A stretch of DNA of 64,000 nt from Patescibacteria group bacterium (GCA_004297215.1 SCUM01000002.1:70270-134269), one strand, 5' to 3'; counted from the first letter of the stretch, positions 9,184-18,449 are shown. Numbers and translations are program-made. The notes: generated by a model from the sequence alone, not told the origin.

Positions 9184-11280
9184 TCAGGCGGCGCGACGCG
9201 TCACTCCCGAACGCTCCTCGATGATCTTCTTGCTCACGTTGCCGGGCACTTCCTCGTAGTGGTCGAATTCCATGGAGTAGCTGGCGCGGCCCTGGGTGTT
9301 GGAGCGCAGCGTGGTGACGTAGCCGAACATCTCGGCAAGCGGCACGAACGCGGTGACGATCTTCGCCCCCCCGACGCGGTCGCCCATCTCCTGGATCTGG
9401 CCGCGCTTGGCGTTCAAGTCGCCCACCACGGTGCCCATGAACTCCTCGGGCATCACCACTTCCACCTTCATCATGGGTTCAAGCAGCGAGATGCCGGCCT
9501 TCTTGCAGGCGTCCTGGAACGCCATGGACCCGGCGATCTTGAACGCCGCCTCGTTGGAGTCCACGTCGTGGTAGGAACCGTCGAACACGGTCACCTTCAC
9601 GTCGATGAGCGGGAAGCCGGCGAGCACGCCGCGGTCGGCCGCCTCCTCGGCGCCCTTGGCGATCGGCTTGATGAACTCGCGGGGGATGGCGCCGCCCTTG
9701 ATCTCCTCGACGAACTCGAACCCCTTGCCAGCCTCGTTCTTTTCCACGCGCAGCCAGCAGTGGCCGTATTGGCCGCGGCCGCCGGACTGGCGGATGTACT
9801 TCCCTTCGCTCTCGGCTTCGCCCTTGATGGACTCGCGGTAGGCCACTTGCGGCTTGCCCACGTTCGCTTCCACGTTGAACTCGCGCTTCATGCGGTCCAC
9901 GATGATGTCGAGGTGGAGCTCGCCCATGCCGGAGATGATGACCTGGTTGGTCTCCTCGTCGGTGCGCACGCGGAAGGTGGGATCTTCCTCGGCGAGCTTC
10001 TGCAGCGCCACGCCCATCTTCTCCTGGTCGGCCTTGGTCTTGGGCTCGATGGCGATGGAGATGACCGGCTCCGGGAACACGATGGACTCGAGCACGATCG
10101 GACGCTCCTGGTCGCACAGCGTGTGGCCGGTGAAGGTCTCCTTGAGGCCCACGGCCGCGGCGATCTCGCCGGCGTACACCTCGTCCACGTCCTCGCGGGT
10201 GTTGGCGTGCAGGCGCACGATGCGGCCGATGCGCTCCTTTCCGCCGGTGCTCGAGTTGAGCACGTAGGAGCCGGCGGCGATCTTGCCGGAGTACACGCGG
10301 AAGAAGGCGAGCTTGCCCACGAACGGGTCGGCGGCGATCTTGAACGCGAGCGCGGCGAACGGCTCGTCATCGGAGGCCTTGCGCTCGATGAGCTCCTCCG
10401 AATCCGGGGCGTGTCCCTTGACCGGAGGGATGTCAAGCGGGCTCGGCAGGAATTCCACCACGGCGTCGAGCACCTGCTGCACCCCCTTGTTCTTGAGCGC
10501 GGAGCCGGTGAGCACCGGGAAGATGTCATTCGCGATGGTGGCCTTGCGCAGTCCGGCCTTGAGCTCCGGGACGGGAATCTCCTCCCCGGCCAGATAGCGC
10601 TCCATGAGCGATTCGTCGGTCTCGGCGATCGCCTCGACCAGTTTCTTCCGCCACTCCTCCACCGATGCCTTCATGTCCTCCGGGCAGTCGGACACCTCGA
10701 TGTCCTTTCCGAGGTCATCCTTGAAGATGTAGGCCTTCTTGTCGAACAGGTCCACGATTCCCTGGAAATTGGATTCCGACCCGATCGGGAGCTGGATGGG
10801 GTGGGCCTTCCTCGACAGGCGGGTGTGGATGGACGCGAGGTCCTTGAAATAGTCCGCGCCGGTGCGGTCGAGCTTGTTGATGAAGCACACGCGCGGCACG
10901 GCGTAGCCGTCGGCGTAGCGCCAGTTGGTCTCGGACTGCGGCTCCACGCCGGCCACGCCGTCGAACACGACGAGCGCGCCGTCGAGCACGCGAAGGGAAC
11001 GCTTCACTTCCACGGTGAAGTCCACGTGCCCGGGGGTGTCGATGAGGTTCATCCGATGTCCCTTCCAAAAACAGGTGGTGGCGGCGGCCGTGATGGTGAT
11101 GCCGCGTTCCTGCTCCTGCGCCATCCAGTCCATGGTAGCTTCGCCCTCGTGCACCTCGCCGATCTTATGCTTTTTGCCCGTATAAAACAGGATGCGTTCG
11201 CTCGTGGTGGTCTTGCCCGCATCGATGTGGGCGATGACGCCGAAGTTGCGCGTCTTTTCCAGGGAATACTCGCGTGCCAT
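9184..11280 (-). CDS. fusA: Elongation factor G
   Basis: 698-aa ORF with [17 protein letters not shown] and the full EF-G domain order. Confidence 0.97.
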   Translation of the reverse strand: MAREYSLEKTRNFGVIAHIDAGKTTTSERILFYTGKKHKIGEVHEGEATMDWMAQEQERGITITAAATTCFWKGHRMNLIDTPGHVDFTVEVKRSLRVLDGALVVFDGVAGVEPQSETNWRYADGYAVPRVCFINKLDRTGADYFKDLASIHTRLSRKAHPIQLPIGSESNFQGIVDLFDKKAYIFKDDLGKDIEVSDCPEDMKASVEEWRKKLVEAIAETDESLMERYLAGEEIPVPELKAGLRKATIANDIFPVLTGSALKNKGVQQVLDAVVEFLPSPLDIPPVKGHAPDSEELIERKASDDEPFAALAFKIAADPFVGKLAFFRVYSGKIAAGSYVLNSSTGGKERIGRIVRLHANTREDVDEVYAGEIAAAVGLKETFTGHTLCDQERPIVLESIVFPEPVISIAIEPKTKADQEKMGVALQKLAEEDPTFRVRTDEETNQVIISGMGELHLDIIVDRMKREFNVEANVGKPQVAYRESIKGEAESEGKYIRQSGGRGQYGHCWLRVEKNEAGKGFEFVEEIKGGAIPREFIKPIAKGAEEAADRGVLAGFPLIDVKVTVFDGSYHDVDSNEAAFKIAGSMAFQDACKKAGISLLEPMMKVEVVMPEEFMGTVVGDLNAKRGQIQEMGDRVGGAKIVTAFVPLAEMFGYVTTLRSNTQGRASYSMEFDHYEEVPGNVSKKIIEERSGVTRRAA

Positions 11281-11301
11281 AGGAAAAAAGGGGCGTGGGG
11301 A

Positions 11302-11769
11302 TTAACGGGCGAAGTGCGCGAAGGCGCGGTTGGCCTCGGCCATGCGCTGCACGTCCATCTTCTTCTTGACCGCGTCGCCCTCGCCCTTGGCCGCGGCGAT
11401 GAGCTCGTCGGCGAGTTTCTGGGCCATCGGGCGGCCCTTCTTTGCGTTGGTGGCCGCGAGGATCCAACGGTAGGCCAGCTGGTAGCGGCGTTCGCCGCGC
11501 ACGGGCATCGGCACCTGGTAGTTGGCGCCGCCCACGCGCTTGCTTTTCACCTCGAGGCTCGGCATGGCGTTCTTGAGCGCCTTGTCGAGGGTGTCGACCG
11601 GGTCCTGCTTGGACTTTTCCTGGATGAGCTCGAACGCCTCGTACACGACCGCCTGCGCCGTGGCCTTCTTGCCCTTGCGCATGATCATGTTGATGAGCTT
11701 GGAAACGTAAATGTTCCCGAACTTGGGGTCGGGAATCTGTTCGCGCTTTGGTGCCTGCTTGCCACGCAT
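11302..11769 (-). CDS. rpsG: 30S ribosomal protein S7
   Basis: 155-aa ORF ...KFGNIYVSKLINMIMRKGKKATAQ...GGANYQVPMPVR..., S7-like, in the str operon context. Confidence 0.94.
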   Translation of the reverse strand: MRGKQAPKREQIPDPKFGNIYVSKLINMIMRKGKKATAQAVVYEAFELIQEKSKQDPVDTLDKALKNAMPSLEVKSKRVGGANYQVPMPVRGERRYQLAYRWILAATNAKKGRPMAQKLADELIAAAKGEGDAVKKKMDVQRMAEANRAFAHFAR

Positions 11770-11871
11770 AGTGTTATTCGTTTGGGCCGGTTATAAGGCT
11801 TCCCCCTGCGTAGAGGTACTCCGGCTTGATTCATTTTCACGAGATCCTTCGGACCTGATGGTCCTCAGGAT

Positions 11872-11892
11872 AATTCGGCCTAAGGCCGAATT
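11872..11892. repeat. Perfect palindrome AATTCGGCCTAAGGCCGAATT overlapping the rpsL stop codon
   Basis: The same TTCGGCCTAAGGCCGAA core recurs at 33876-33896, overlapping the rny stop. A related CCGGCCTAGGCCGG hairpin lies at 6498-6517. Confidence 0.55.
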
Positions 11893-12316
11893 ACTTCTTT
11901 TCCTTGGGCTTCTTTTGTCCGTACAGCGAGCGGCCGCGGCGGCGATCGGCGACGCCCTGGGTGTCGTAACGCCCGCGCACCACGTGGTAGCGCACGCCCG
12001 GAAGGTCCTTCACGCGGCCTCCGCGCAGCATCACGATGGAGTGCTCCTGCAGGTTGTGGCCTTCGCCCGGGATGTACGCCGTGACCTCGATGCCGTTTGA
12101 GAGACGCACGCGGGCGATCTTGCGGATCGCCGAGTTCGGCTTCTTCGGGGTCATCGTGGTGACCTTCACGCACACCCCGCGGCGGAACGGGCTCCCCTTG
12201 GCGAGTTCGGTGCGGCGGCGGTGGAGCGAATCGAGCCCGAACTGCATGGCGGGAGACTTGCTCTTCGCCTTTTGGGAGTGACGCCCCTTGCGGATGAGTT
12301 GAGAGATGGTGGGCAT
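11891..12316 (-). CDS. rpsL: 30S ribosomal protein S12
   Basis: [12 protein letters not shown]...[12 protein letters not shown]...[14 protein letters not shown], a classic S12. The start was trimmed to MPTIS. Confidence 0.93.
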   Translation of the reverse strand: MPTISQLIRKGRHSQKAKSKSPAMQFGLDSLHRRRTELAKGSPFRRGVCVKVTTMTPKKPNSAIRKIARVRLSNGIEVTAYIPGEGHNLQEHSIVMLRGGRVKDLPGVRYHVVRGRYDTQGVADRRRGRSLYGQKKPKEKK

Positions 12317-12375
12317 ATCGAAATAAAGATGCGCGAAGGTTAGCATGGCATCCCCGGAGCGTCAACCTATGCCCG

Positions 12376-13065
12376 TCACCGGGAAACGGCGCTCAACATC
12401 GCCCCAAAGAAGCCGCGGCAGTCCTCGGACAGCAGGAAATCACAGGCGGCCTGGGTGGGGATGTCCACGAAGAAGAACGGGTTGAACGGGGTGACCAGCG
12501 ACAGGACGACGAGCGCCATGAGGATCTGGGACCCGTACGTCCCCACGATCCGACGAAGCTCGAAATGCTTCGGGTGGTTGAACAGGACGAAGAACATCTT
12601 CGACCCGTCGAGCGGATGCACCGGGATGAAGTTGAAGAACGCGAGTCCCAGGTTGATGAACACGAGCAGGAACAGGAAGATGACCAGAAGGTTGAGCGAT
12701 GAGACGATCCCGCTCCAAACGAGGAGCCGGAGGACGAGCGCGGCGACCGTCGCGAGGATGAGGTTCGAGACCGGGCCCATGAGCGCGACGGCCACCTGGT
12801 CCCACTTGGCGTCCTTCAGGTTGTTGGGGTTGTACGGCACGGGCTTGGCCCAGCCGAACCCGACGAGCAGCAGCGACAGGAAGCCGATCGGGTCGATGTG
12901 GGACAACGGGTTCAGCGTGAGGCGCCCTTCCCACTCGGCCGTGCGGTCGCCGCGGAACTTGGCCATGAGCGCATGGCTGAACTCATGCACCGTGAGCGCC
13001 GCGAGGATGGCGGCGACCCACGCGAGCGCGATGGCCGGAGCGGCGGCGAGGAGGGTGAAGAGCAT
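12376..13065 (-). CDS. Site-2 protease family (peptidase M50) membrane metalloprotease
   Basis: HEFSHA (HExxH) inside a TM helix; several hydrophobic helices; and a second motif ...FNFIPVHPLDGSK... carrying the LDG of M50. Confidence 0.8.
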   Translation of the reverse strand: MLFTLLAAAPAIALAWVAAILAALTVHEFSHALMAKFRGDRTAEWEGRLTLNPLSHIDPIGFLSLLLVGFGWAKPVPYNPNNLKDAKWDQVAVALMGPVSNLILATVAALVLRLLVWSGIVSSLNLLVIFLFLLVFINLGLAFFNFIPVHPLDGSKMFFVLFNHPKHFELRRIVGTYGSQILMALVVLSLVTPFNPFFFVDIPTQAACDFLLSEDCRGFFGAMLSAVSR

Positions 13066-13077
13066 AGGAAGGCTATT

Positions 13078-14382
13078 TTACATCTTCACGCGCTCGATGC
13101 GGGCCCCGATGCCCTCGAGCTTTTCCTGAAGTCGCTCATATCCGCGGTCGAGGTGCTCGATGCCGGTGAGCGTGGAAGTGCCTTTGGCCACCAACGCGGC
13201 CACGACGAAGGCGAGACCGGCGCGGATGTCGGGGATGTCGACCGTGGCCGATACGAGCTCGCGCGGCCCCTGGATGACGGCGCTGTGGCGGTAGTTGCGC
13301 CCCTTGAACCGGCACGGGATCTCGCCCAGGCAGTTGCTGAACAAGGTGACGTCCGCGCCCATGCGCTTGAGCGCGTCGGTGTAGCCGAACCGCTCTTCCC
13401 ACACGGTCTCGTGCACGATGGACGTGCCCTTGGCCTGCGTGAGCACGGCGACGAGCGGCTGCTGCCAGTCCGTCATGAATCCAGGATGCGTGTCCGTCTC
13501 CAATTCTATCCCGCGCAGGTCCGACGTCCCGCGAAACCGTATGCCGTCATCCTGCACCTCGTATTCCCCGCCGATCTTCCGTACGGTGTTGAGGAAGGTG
13601 ATGAGATGCTCGTGCTGGGCTTCTCGCACGAAGATGTCGCCACGGGTCCCGAGCGCCATGCACGCGTAGCTTGCCGCCTCGATGCGGTCGGGCATCACCC
13701 GTTCTCGGCATCCGTGCAGCTTCTCTACCCCCACGATCTCGATGGAACGGTCGGCGCCCACCTGGATGATCGCCCCCATCTTCTGGAGCATCATGATGAG
13801 CTGCTGAACTTCGGGTTCCACCGCCGCGTTCGTGATGGTGGTGCGGCCCTTGGCGAGAACGCCGGCGAGCAAGGCGGTCTCCGTGGCGCCCACCGACGGG
13901 TACGGGAGGTCGATGCGCACGCCTCGCAACTTCCCCTTCAGGGCAGCCCGATACCCTTCGGGCGTCTGCTCGACGGTCGCACCCATCATCTCGAGCGTAT
14001 CCAGATGGAAATTGACCGGTCGCGGGCCGATCGCGTCCCCGCCGACGCGAGGGAGATACGCCTCGCCGGCACGATGCAGCAGCGGCGCGAGAGCGAGCAC
14101 GGAAATCCTATTCTTGCGCGATTGGCCCATCACGGAAGTCGATCGGATGTCCGACGTCTTCAGGCGCAACTCGTGGTCCCCCGTCCACGACGCTTCCGCG
14201 CCGATGGTCGTCACGATCTCACGCGTCAGTCCGGTCTCGTGCTGGCGCGGGACGTTTTCCAGTTCGACGGCCTCGTCCGTAAGCAAAGACGCGACCATCA
14301 GCTTGCTGGCCGCGTTCTTGGCTCCGGAGAGCGTCACTTCGCCTGTGAGCGGCACCCCGCCCTCGATACGAAAAGCGTCCAT
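13078..14382 (-). CDS. murA: UDP-N-acetylglucosamine 1-carboxyvinyltransferase
   Basis: 434-aa ORF with the MurA-like N-terminus ...GGVPLTGEVTLSGAKNAASKLM... and the EPSP-synthase-fold length. Confidence 0.93.
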   Translation of the reverse strand: MDAFRIEGGVPLTGEVTLSGAKNAASKLMVASLLTDEAVELENVPRQHETGLTREIVTTIGAEASWTGDHELRLKTSDIRSTSVMGQSRKNRISVLALAPLLHRAGEAYLPRVGGDAIGPRPVNFHLDTLEMMGATVEQTPEGYRAALKGKLRGVRIDLPYPSVGATETALLAGVLAKGRTTITNAAVEPEVQQLIMMLQKMGAIIQVGADRSIEIVGVEKLHGCRERVMPDRIEAASYACMALGTRGDIFVREAQHEHLITFLNTVRKIGGEYEVQDDGIRFRGTSDLRGIELETDTHPGFMTDWQQPLVAVLTQAKGTSIVHETVWEERFGYTDALKRMGADVTLFSNCLGEIPCRFKGRNYRHSAVIQGPRELVSATVDIPDIRAGLAFVVAALVAKGTSTLTGIEHLDRGYERLQEKLEGIGARIERVKM

Positions 14383-14474
14383 ACAATGGACGCTATCGTA
14401 CTGTTTTTTGGCGATAGGTCAAGCCTCGCGTTCGTGATCGCCGCATGCGCCCTCCCCCGCTCCTTATCCATGAA

Positions 14475-15188
14475 TCACTTCCCGTGTCGACGTTCGCGGG
14501 AGCGGTAGTCCTTGAGGGCGGCGAGGAAATCCTCTTCGCCGAAATCCGGGAACATCTTCTCCGAGAAATGGAGCTGCGCGTCGGCGATGTCCCACATCAT
14601 GAACCCGCCGCTCAAGTGCGGCTCCCCGCCCGTGCGGATCAGCAGGTCGACGGGAGGGAGGTCCTTGGTGAGCAGGTGCCGCTTGATGGTCTCGACATCA
14701 ACGCGGAGCGACGGATCCTTGCGGCCTTCTTCTACGATCTGCTCCACCGCTTGCGTCATCTCGCTGATGCCGTCGTAGCCGTCGAAAATGTTCAGCAGGT
14801 GCCGGTCGTTGGATTTCGTCTTCTCAATGACGCCCTCGATCGCCTTCACGAGGCTCGCCGGCTGGGATTCACGCCAGGACCCGAACGCCTGCACTCTCAC
14901 GCCATATTCATGCACCTCCGGCATCTCCTGGAGATCCAGAAAAAATTCCTCAAGCACCTTATACAGGAAGTCGATCTCGATTTTCGGACGGTTCGTGAGA
15001 TTCGAGACGGAGGCGACCCAGGCGGATACGCAATATACGCCCTCCTTGAAGGCGGCGTTCAGGATCGGCCGGAACCGGCGCGCGCCGGCGTCATGGCCTT
15101 CCCACGGGTTGAGGCCGTGCGCCTTGGCCCACCGGCGGTTGCCGTCGGGGATGATCGCGACATGACGCGGGGTTTGGTCGTCTGGCAT
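14475..15188 (-). CDS. uppS: Isoprenyl transferase / undecaprenyl diphosphate synthase
   Basis: HVAIIPDGNRRWA..., the conserved UPP-synthase N-terminus, and a C-terminal ...RTGGEPHLSGGFMMW... Confidence 0.9.
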   Translation of the reverse strand: MPDDQTPRHVAIIPDGNRRWAKAHGLNPWEGHDAGARRFRPILNAAFKEGVYCVSAWVASVSNLTNRPKIEIDFLYKVLEEFFLDLQEMPEVHEYGVRVQAFGSWRESQPASLVKAIEGVIEKTKSNDRHLLNIFDGYDGISEMTQAVEQIVEEGRKDPSLRVDVETIKRHLLTKDLPPVDLLIRTGGEPHLSGGFMMWDIADAQLHFSEKMFPDFGEEDFLAALKDYRSRERRHGK

Positions 15189-15236
15189 ATCAGATTCATC
15201 GCGCGACCCTCCGCGTCGTTGCTCATCGAACGTTCT

Positions 15237-15264
15237 GTCGGGCTAGCGGGACTTGAACCCGCGG
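15237..15264 (-). repeat. Duplicated 3' portion of tRNA-Pro (T-arm + acceptor 3' strand, 28 nt)
   Basis: GCCGCGGGTTCAAGTCCCGCTAGCCCGA is identical to the 3' end of the complete tRNA-Pro about 85 nt upstream. A copy of the anticodon-loop segment GCATGGGGTGCAA precedes it at 15325-15337, with a ~58-nt GC-rich palindromic insert between. Confidence 0.6.
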
Positions 15265-15346
15265 CCTCCCCCGACGCCCCTGATGGGGGTCGGGGCTCCG
15301 ACCTCCCCTCCGGGAGCGTCGGAGTTGCACCCCATGCTTCAAAATT

Positions 15347-15422
15347 TGGTCGGGCTAGCGGGACTTGAACCCGCGGCCTCTTGCACCCCATGCAAGCGCG
15401 CTACCAACTGCGCCATAGCCCG
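15347..15422 (-). tRNA. tRNA-Pro (anticodon GGG)
   Basis: Cloverleaf read by eye: acceptor CGGGCTA/TAGCCCG, D-arm GCGC-AGTTGGTA-GCGC, anticodon arm CTTGC-ATGGGGT-GCAAG, T-arm GCGGG-TTCAAGT-CCCGC, and CCA encoded. Confidence 0.85.
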
Positions 15423-15528
15423 ACCAAATTTTTAAGCATCCCGAGCGCGTACCAGGTCCGACGCGCTGATGCGGTCGGACCCCCGACCTCCCCCGACGCT
15501 CCGCTGCGGCGGAGGTCGGGGGAGCGTC

Positions 15529-15543
15529 GGGGCTGCGCCATAG
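15529..15543 (-). repeat. Duplicated 5' portion of tRNA-Pro (CGGGCTATGGCGCAG)
   Basis: An exact copy of tRNA-Pro positions 1-15, lying ~110 nt upstream of the gene in the same orientation and embedded in GC-rich palindromes. Confidence 0.5.
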
Positions 15544-15876
15544 CCCGACACAAGGTTCGATGAGTCGCGTGAACTCTAGCCGAAAACGAAAAAATGGCCA
15601 AGGCCATGGCGCCTCGCCAGTCGATCGGACCATTCGCGGAAGGATCCGATACGGCTACGGCACGTCCGGGTCACGATGATGAGAGCTTGTCGGCCCACCA
15701 TGCACGTTCCCGTACGCCGGTTTCAGTCAGGGATGCGAAGTGATTCTGGAACGCATCCGATCGACTGGGAGACTCCTACACCGTACCAGACCATCGAAGG
15801 CTGGCAAGCGTCGGAGCCGGACCATTATCCCCGAACTGTCCACGGAGTTATCCACATGGCATTTCATCGCTAAGAC

Positions 15877-15906
15877 AAAGAAAAATCCCGACAGCTAGTG
15901 TCGGGA
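15877..15906 (-). terminator. Intrinsic terminator (TCCCGACA-GCTAGT-GTCGGGA + U-run) overlapping stop of the 15895-16419 gene
   Basis: An 8-bp stem followed on the minus strand by TTTTTCTTTGTC. Confidence 0.5.
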
Positions 15907-16419
15907 AAGCGGGATGGACGACTCGCTTAAGAGCGAGGAGAACGGGACGAGCATCACCGTGAGGCGCGCGGGCAGCCGTGCCGGATGGCCTTGCACGCGC
16001 GCGTACAGGTCGTCGAGCATTTCGGCGTGCGCGAGCATGCCCGGCAGGTCCTGGTCGTCCACCACCAGGTACACCGGATGTCCCGACTCGATCGCCTCGC
16101 ACAGGACGACGAGGAACAGGTCGAGGACGTCGCGACGCAGGCCGCTCCCGGCCGGGCTGACGGACTTCACGAGCTTGGCACGGGCACCGAGATACGCGCT
16201 GCGCGTGAAGGCCTGCGCCTTGGGGTACGCCTTGCGCAGGTCCGCGAGCGCCTGCTCCGACGTGGCGTCTGGACACAACAGGCGGAGGCCGGCTTTCGCG
16301 AGCGCGCGATCCGCGAGCAGCGACGCATCCTTCGCGATCCGGAGCACGCCGCGGCCGGACGCCTGCTCGTTCGTGAGGTCGCGCAACGAACAGCGCTTGG
16401 TAAAAAGGGCGATACGCAT
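15895..16419 (-). CDS. Hypothetical protein (174 aa)
   Basis: Coherent ORF with balanced composition. The longer overlapping ORF 15848-16519 looks like an Arg/Pro-rich artefact. No confident domain call. Confidence 0.55.
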   Translation of the reverse strand: MRIALFTKRCSLRDLTNEQASGRGVLRIAKDASLLADRALAKAGLRLLCPDATSEQALADLRKAYPKAQAFTRSAYLGARAKLVKSVSPAGSGLRRDVLDLFLVVLCEAIESGHPVYLVVDDQDLPGMLAHAEMLDDLYARVQGHPARLPARLTVMLVPFSSLLSESSIPLSRH

Positions 16420-16694
16420 GTGTTTCTCCGTCTTCAGAGGTAGGTCGCGGCTTCTCCCCTGTGGAGCAGCCGCGATGGAACATCTGAAAAGCCACCGCGC
16501 GAGACGGTGGCTTTTGCATGTCAGCGTAAGAGTCCGTGGGCTCTACCTGTCATGTGCCACCGCGCTTCCCTTCCAATCAAAGGAGACGCAAACGACGCCG
16601 AGGCAAATGCCCGTCGTCATCGTCGCGTACATGTTGCTGGCGGTGGTTGCCATAACGATATCCATGCTAATCCCGCCCCAGAAGGGCGTCAAAT

Positions 16695-16724
16695 GAAAAA
16701 CGACTTGCCTTGTGGACAAGTCGT
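16695..16724 (-). terminator. Hairpin ACGACTTG...CAAGTCGT + U-run downstream of the RelA/SpoT-like gene
   Basis: An 8-bp stem with a 9-nt loop, followed on the minus strand by TTTTTCATTT. Confidence 0.45.
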
Positions 16725-16734
16725 CGTGCCGTCT

Positions 16735-17871
16735 TCAGTCGTCCCACTCTACGTGCCGGCACACGTGCCGATACATCTTGCGCCGCACGCCGCGATCCCG
16801 GGTGTCCACGCCGTAGATGGACGCGGGGAGCAGCCGTTCGATGGGCCCGCCCTCCGCCACGCCGCTCATGAACTCGTACATGAGGTGGTTCACGGTATCG
16901 GAGGCGTAGAGGCTGGAGAGGCTTCCCTCGAACGTCATGATCTGGATCTCATAGCGCCGTTTCTGCCAGCGCAGGAGCATCTTGATCATGCGGTGGTCGG
17001 GCGAAGAATGCGGGTTGCTCGCGTCCGCCGGATTGCCGCCAGCGAGGTTGTTCTCGACCTTGTCCACCGTCGCGTCGATGCGACCGGCGAACCGCTTGAG
17101 CGCCTCGCACGCCCCTTCCGCCTCCGCGACGTCCGGACAGATGAACCGGAATCCGAGGTGGTCGGTGAGGTCGAAGGGGTTGCGTCCCTTCGCGTGGCGG
17201 CTCCATTGCTTGAGCACGACGCGGAACGCCTTCTTCACGCGCGCGTCCATCGATGCCCGGAACCCGCCGACGATCCGGCACGGGAACTCGGTGCGCATGT
17301 GCATCTGGGCGATGGACGGCTCAAGCTCGCGGTCGATCGCGAGCTCCACCACGTGATGCGCCCGATGGATGCCATGCAGCGAGTCCACCACGAGGTCGAC
17401 GCTGCGTTCCTCGAACAGGAGCTCGCGCATCTTGGCGATCATCGCGCGCAGGTCCGCCTTCTTCTCCCGCAGCGGATACCGGCTCTCCTCGGCCTGCATG
17501 TCCACGCCGATGTCCGTGAGCGAGATGGCCTCGAACCGGCCTTGCCGCTGCAGCGTGCTGTGGCCGTACGTACGGGCCCACTGATAGCGCTCCCGCACGT
17601 CGTCGATGCTCTCGACCTCGGACTCGAACCCGAGCGTGCGCCAGTACTGCGACGGGAAGAAGGTCTTCACGAGCTCCTCCCGCGACTCGTACGCCTTCAC
17701 GGCGTTCGTCGCCGCGCCGTCGAGGTCCGCTTCGTCCCAATCGGCGAGCAGCGCGGTGCGCCACTCGACGGCTTCCTCGAACTGCTCCTTCGATTCGGAC
17801 AACCAGTCGCTCGATCGCTTCAACAGCTGAAGCCGTGTGGCCTCATCGACCAATTCCTGCCTCTCGCTCAT
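16735..17871 (-). CDS. RelA/SpoT-domain (alarmone-synthetase-like nucleotidyltransferase) protein with ~200-aa N-terminal domain of unknown function
   Basis: The C-terminal half carries DLTDHLGFRFICPDVAEAEG (the D-x-x-G-x-R-h-i motif of RelA/SpoT synthetase folds) and RRYEIQIMTFEGSLSSLYASDTVNHLMYE (compare EhQIRT...h..YK). The start was trimmed to MSERQ ('cat' at 17869-17871) because the long ORF overlaps ndk. Confidence 0.7.
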   Translation of the reverse strand: MSERQELVDEATRLQLLKRSSDWLSESKEQFEEAVEWRTALLADWDEADLDGAATNAVKAYESREELVKTFFPSQYWRTLGFESEVESIDDVRERYQWARTYGHSTLQRQGRFEAISLTDIGVDMQAEESRYPLREKKADLRAMIAKMRELLFEERSVDLVVDSLHGIHRAHHVVELAIDRELEPSIAQMHMRTEFPCRIVGGFRASMDARVKKAFRVVLKQWSRHAKGRNPFDLTDHLGFRFICPDVAEAEGACEALKRFAGRIDATVDKVENNLAGGNPADASNPHSSPDHRMIKMLLRWQKRRYEIQIMTFEGSLSSLYASDTVNHLMYEFMSGVAEGGPIERLLPASIYGVDTRDRGVRRKMYRHVCRHVEWDD

Positions 17872-17966
17872 GCATCCTCCGCGAAACGGGAACCTACGGG
17901 CGGCCTGACGGTAGCGGACGAAACGAAAACGCGCAAGGCATGTTTCCCGCGCGTCCCGATGTCCCT

Positions 17967-18449
17967 TTAGACCCCCTCGCCGAACACGTAACGGTCGGTG
18001 ATCTTCTCGTAGCTGAACAGCTCGTCGTCCTTGAAGAAGCGCTTCACCTCGGCCAGGGCGGCCTCCGGGGAGTCGGAGGCATGCACCAGGTTGCTCGGCA
18101 CGTTCATGGACAGGTCGGCGCGGATGGTGCCGGCGTCGGCCTCGCGCGGGTTGGTGGAACCCACGATCTTGCGCACGCTCTCGATCGCGTCGAGCCCCTC
18201 GAGGATCATGGCGCACACCGGGGTCTGCATCATGAACTTCTTGAGCCCGGGGAAGAACCCCTTCTGCGCGAGGTGCGCGTAGTGCTCGTCGAGCAAATCG
18301 TCGGTAAGGTGGATGAACTTCATCGCGACGATCTTGAGCCCCTTGCGTTCGAAGCGCTGGATCACCTCGCCCAAGAGGTCGCGCTGGAGCGCGTCGGGCT
18401 TCACGAGGACGAGGGTTTTCTGGACAGCGGCCATAGCGCGGGAGTTCAT
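17967..18449 (-). CDS. ndk: Nucleoside diphosphate kinase
   Basis: ...TLVLVKPDALQRDLLGEVIQRFERKGLKIVAMK...NLVHASDS..., an NDK signature including the catalytic His region. Confidence 0.95.
   Translation of the reverse strand: MNSRAMAAVQKTLVLVKPDALQRDLLGEVIQRFERKGLKIVAMKFIHLTDDLLDEHYAHLAQKGFFPGLKKFMMQTPVCAMILEGLDAIESVRKIVGSTNPREADAGTIRADLSMNVPSNLVHASDSPEAALAEVKRFFKDDELFSYEKITDRYVFGEGV

Noticed and set aside
15848-16519. 223-aa ORF overlapping the 15895-16419 gene in another frame
   Set aside because: Its translation is Arg/Pro/Gly-rich junk, whereas the nested 174-aa frame has balanced composition. The shorter frame was kept.
16609-16696. 29-aa hydrophobic mini-ORF (MPVVIVAYMLLAVVAITISMLIPPQKGVK) between terminators
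   Set aside because: No adequately spaced RBS (AGGAG is ~22 nt upstream). It could equally be a chance ORF in an intergenic region and is not supportable.
16735-18216. Full 493-aa extent of the RelA/SpoT-like ORF
   Set aside because: The first 115 codons are Arg-rich and overlap ndk on the same strand. The start was reset to the MSERQ ATG at 17869-17871.
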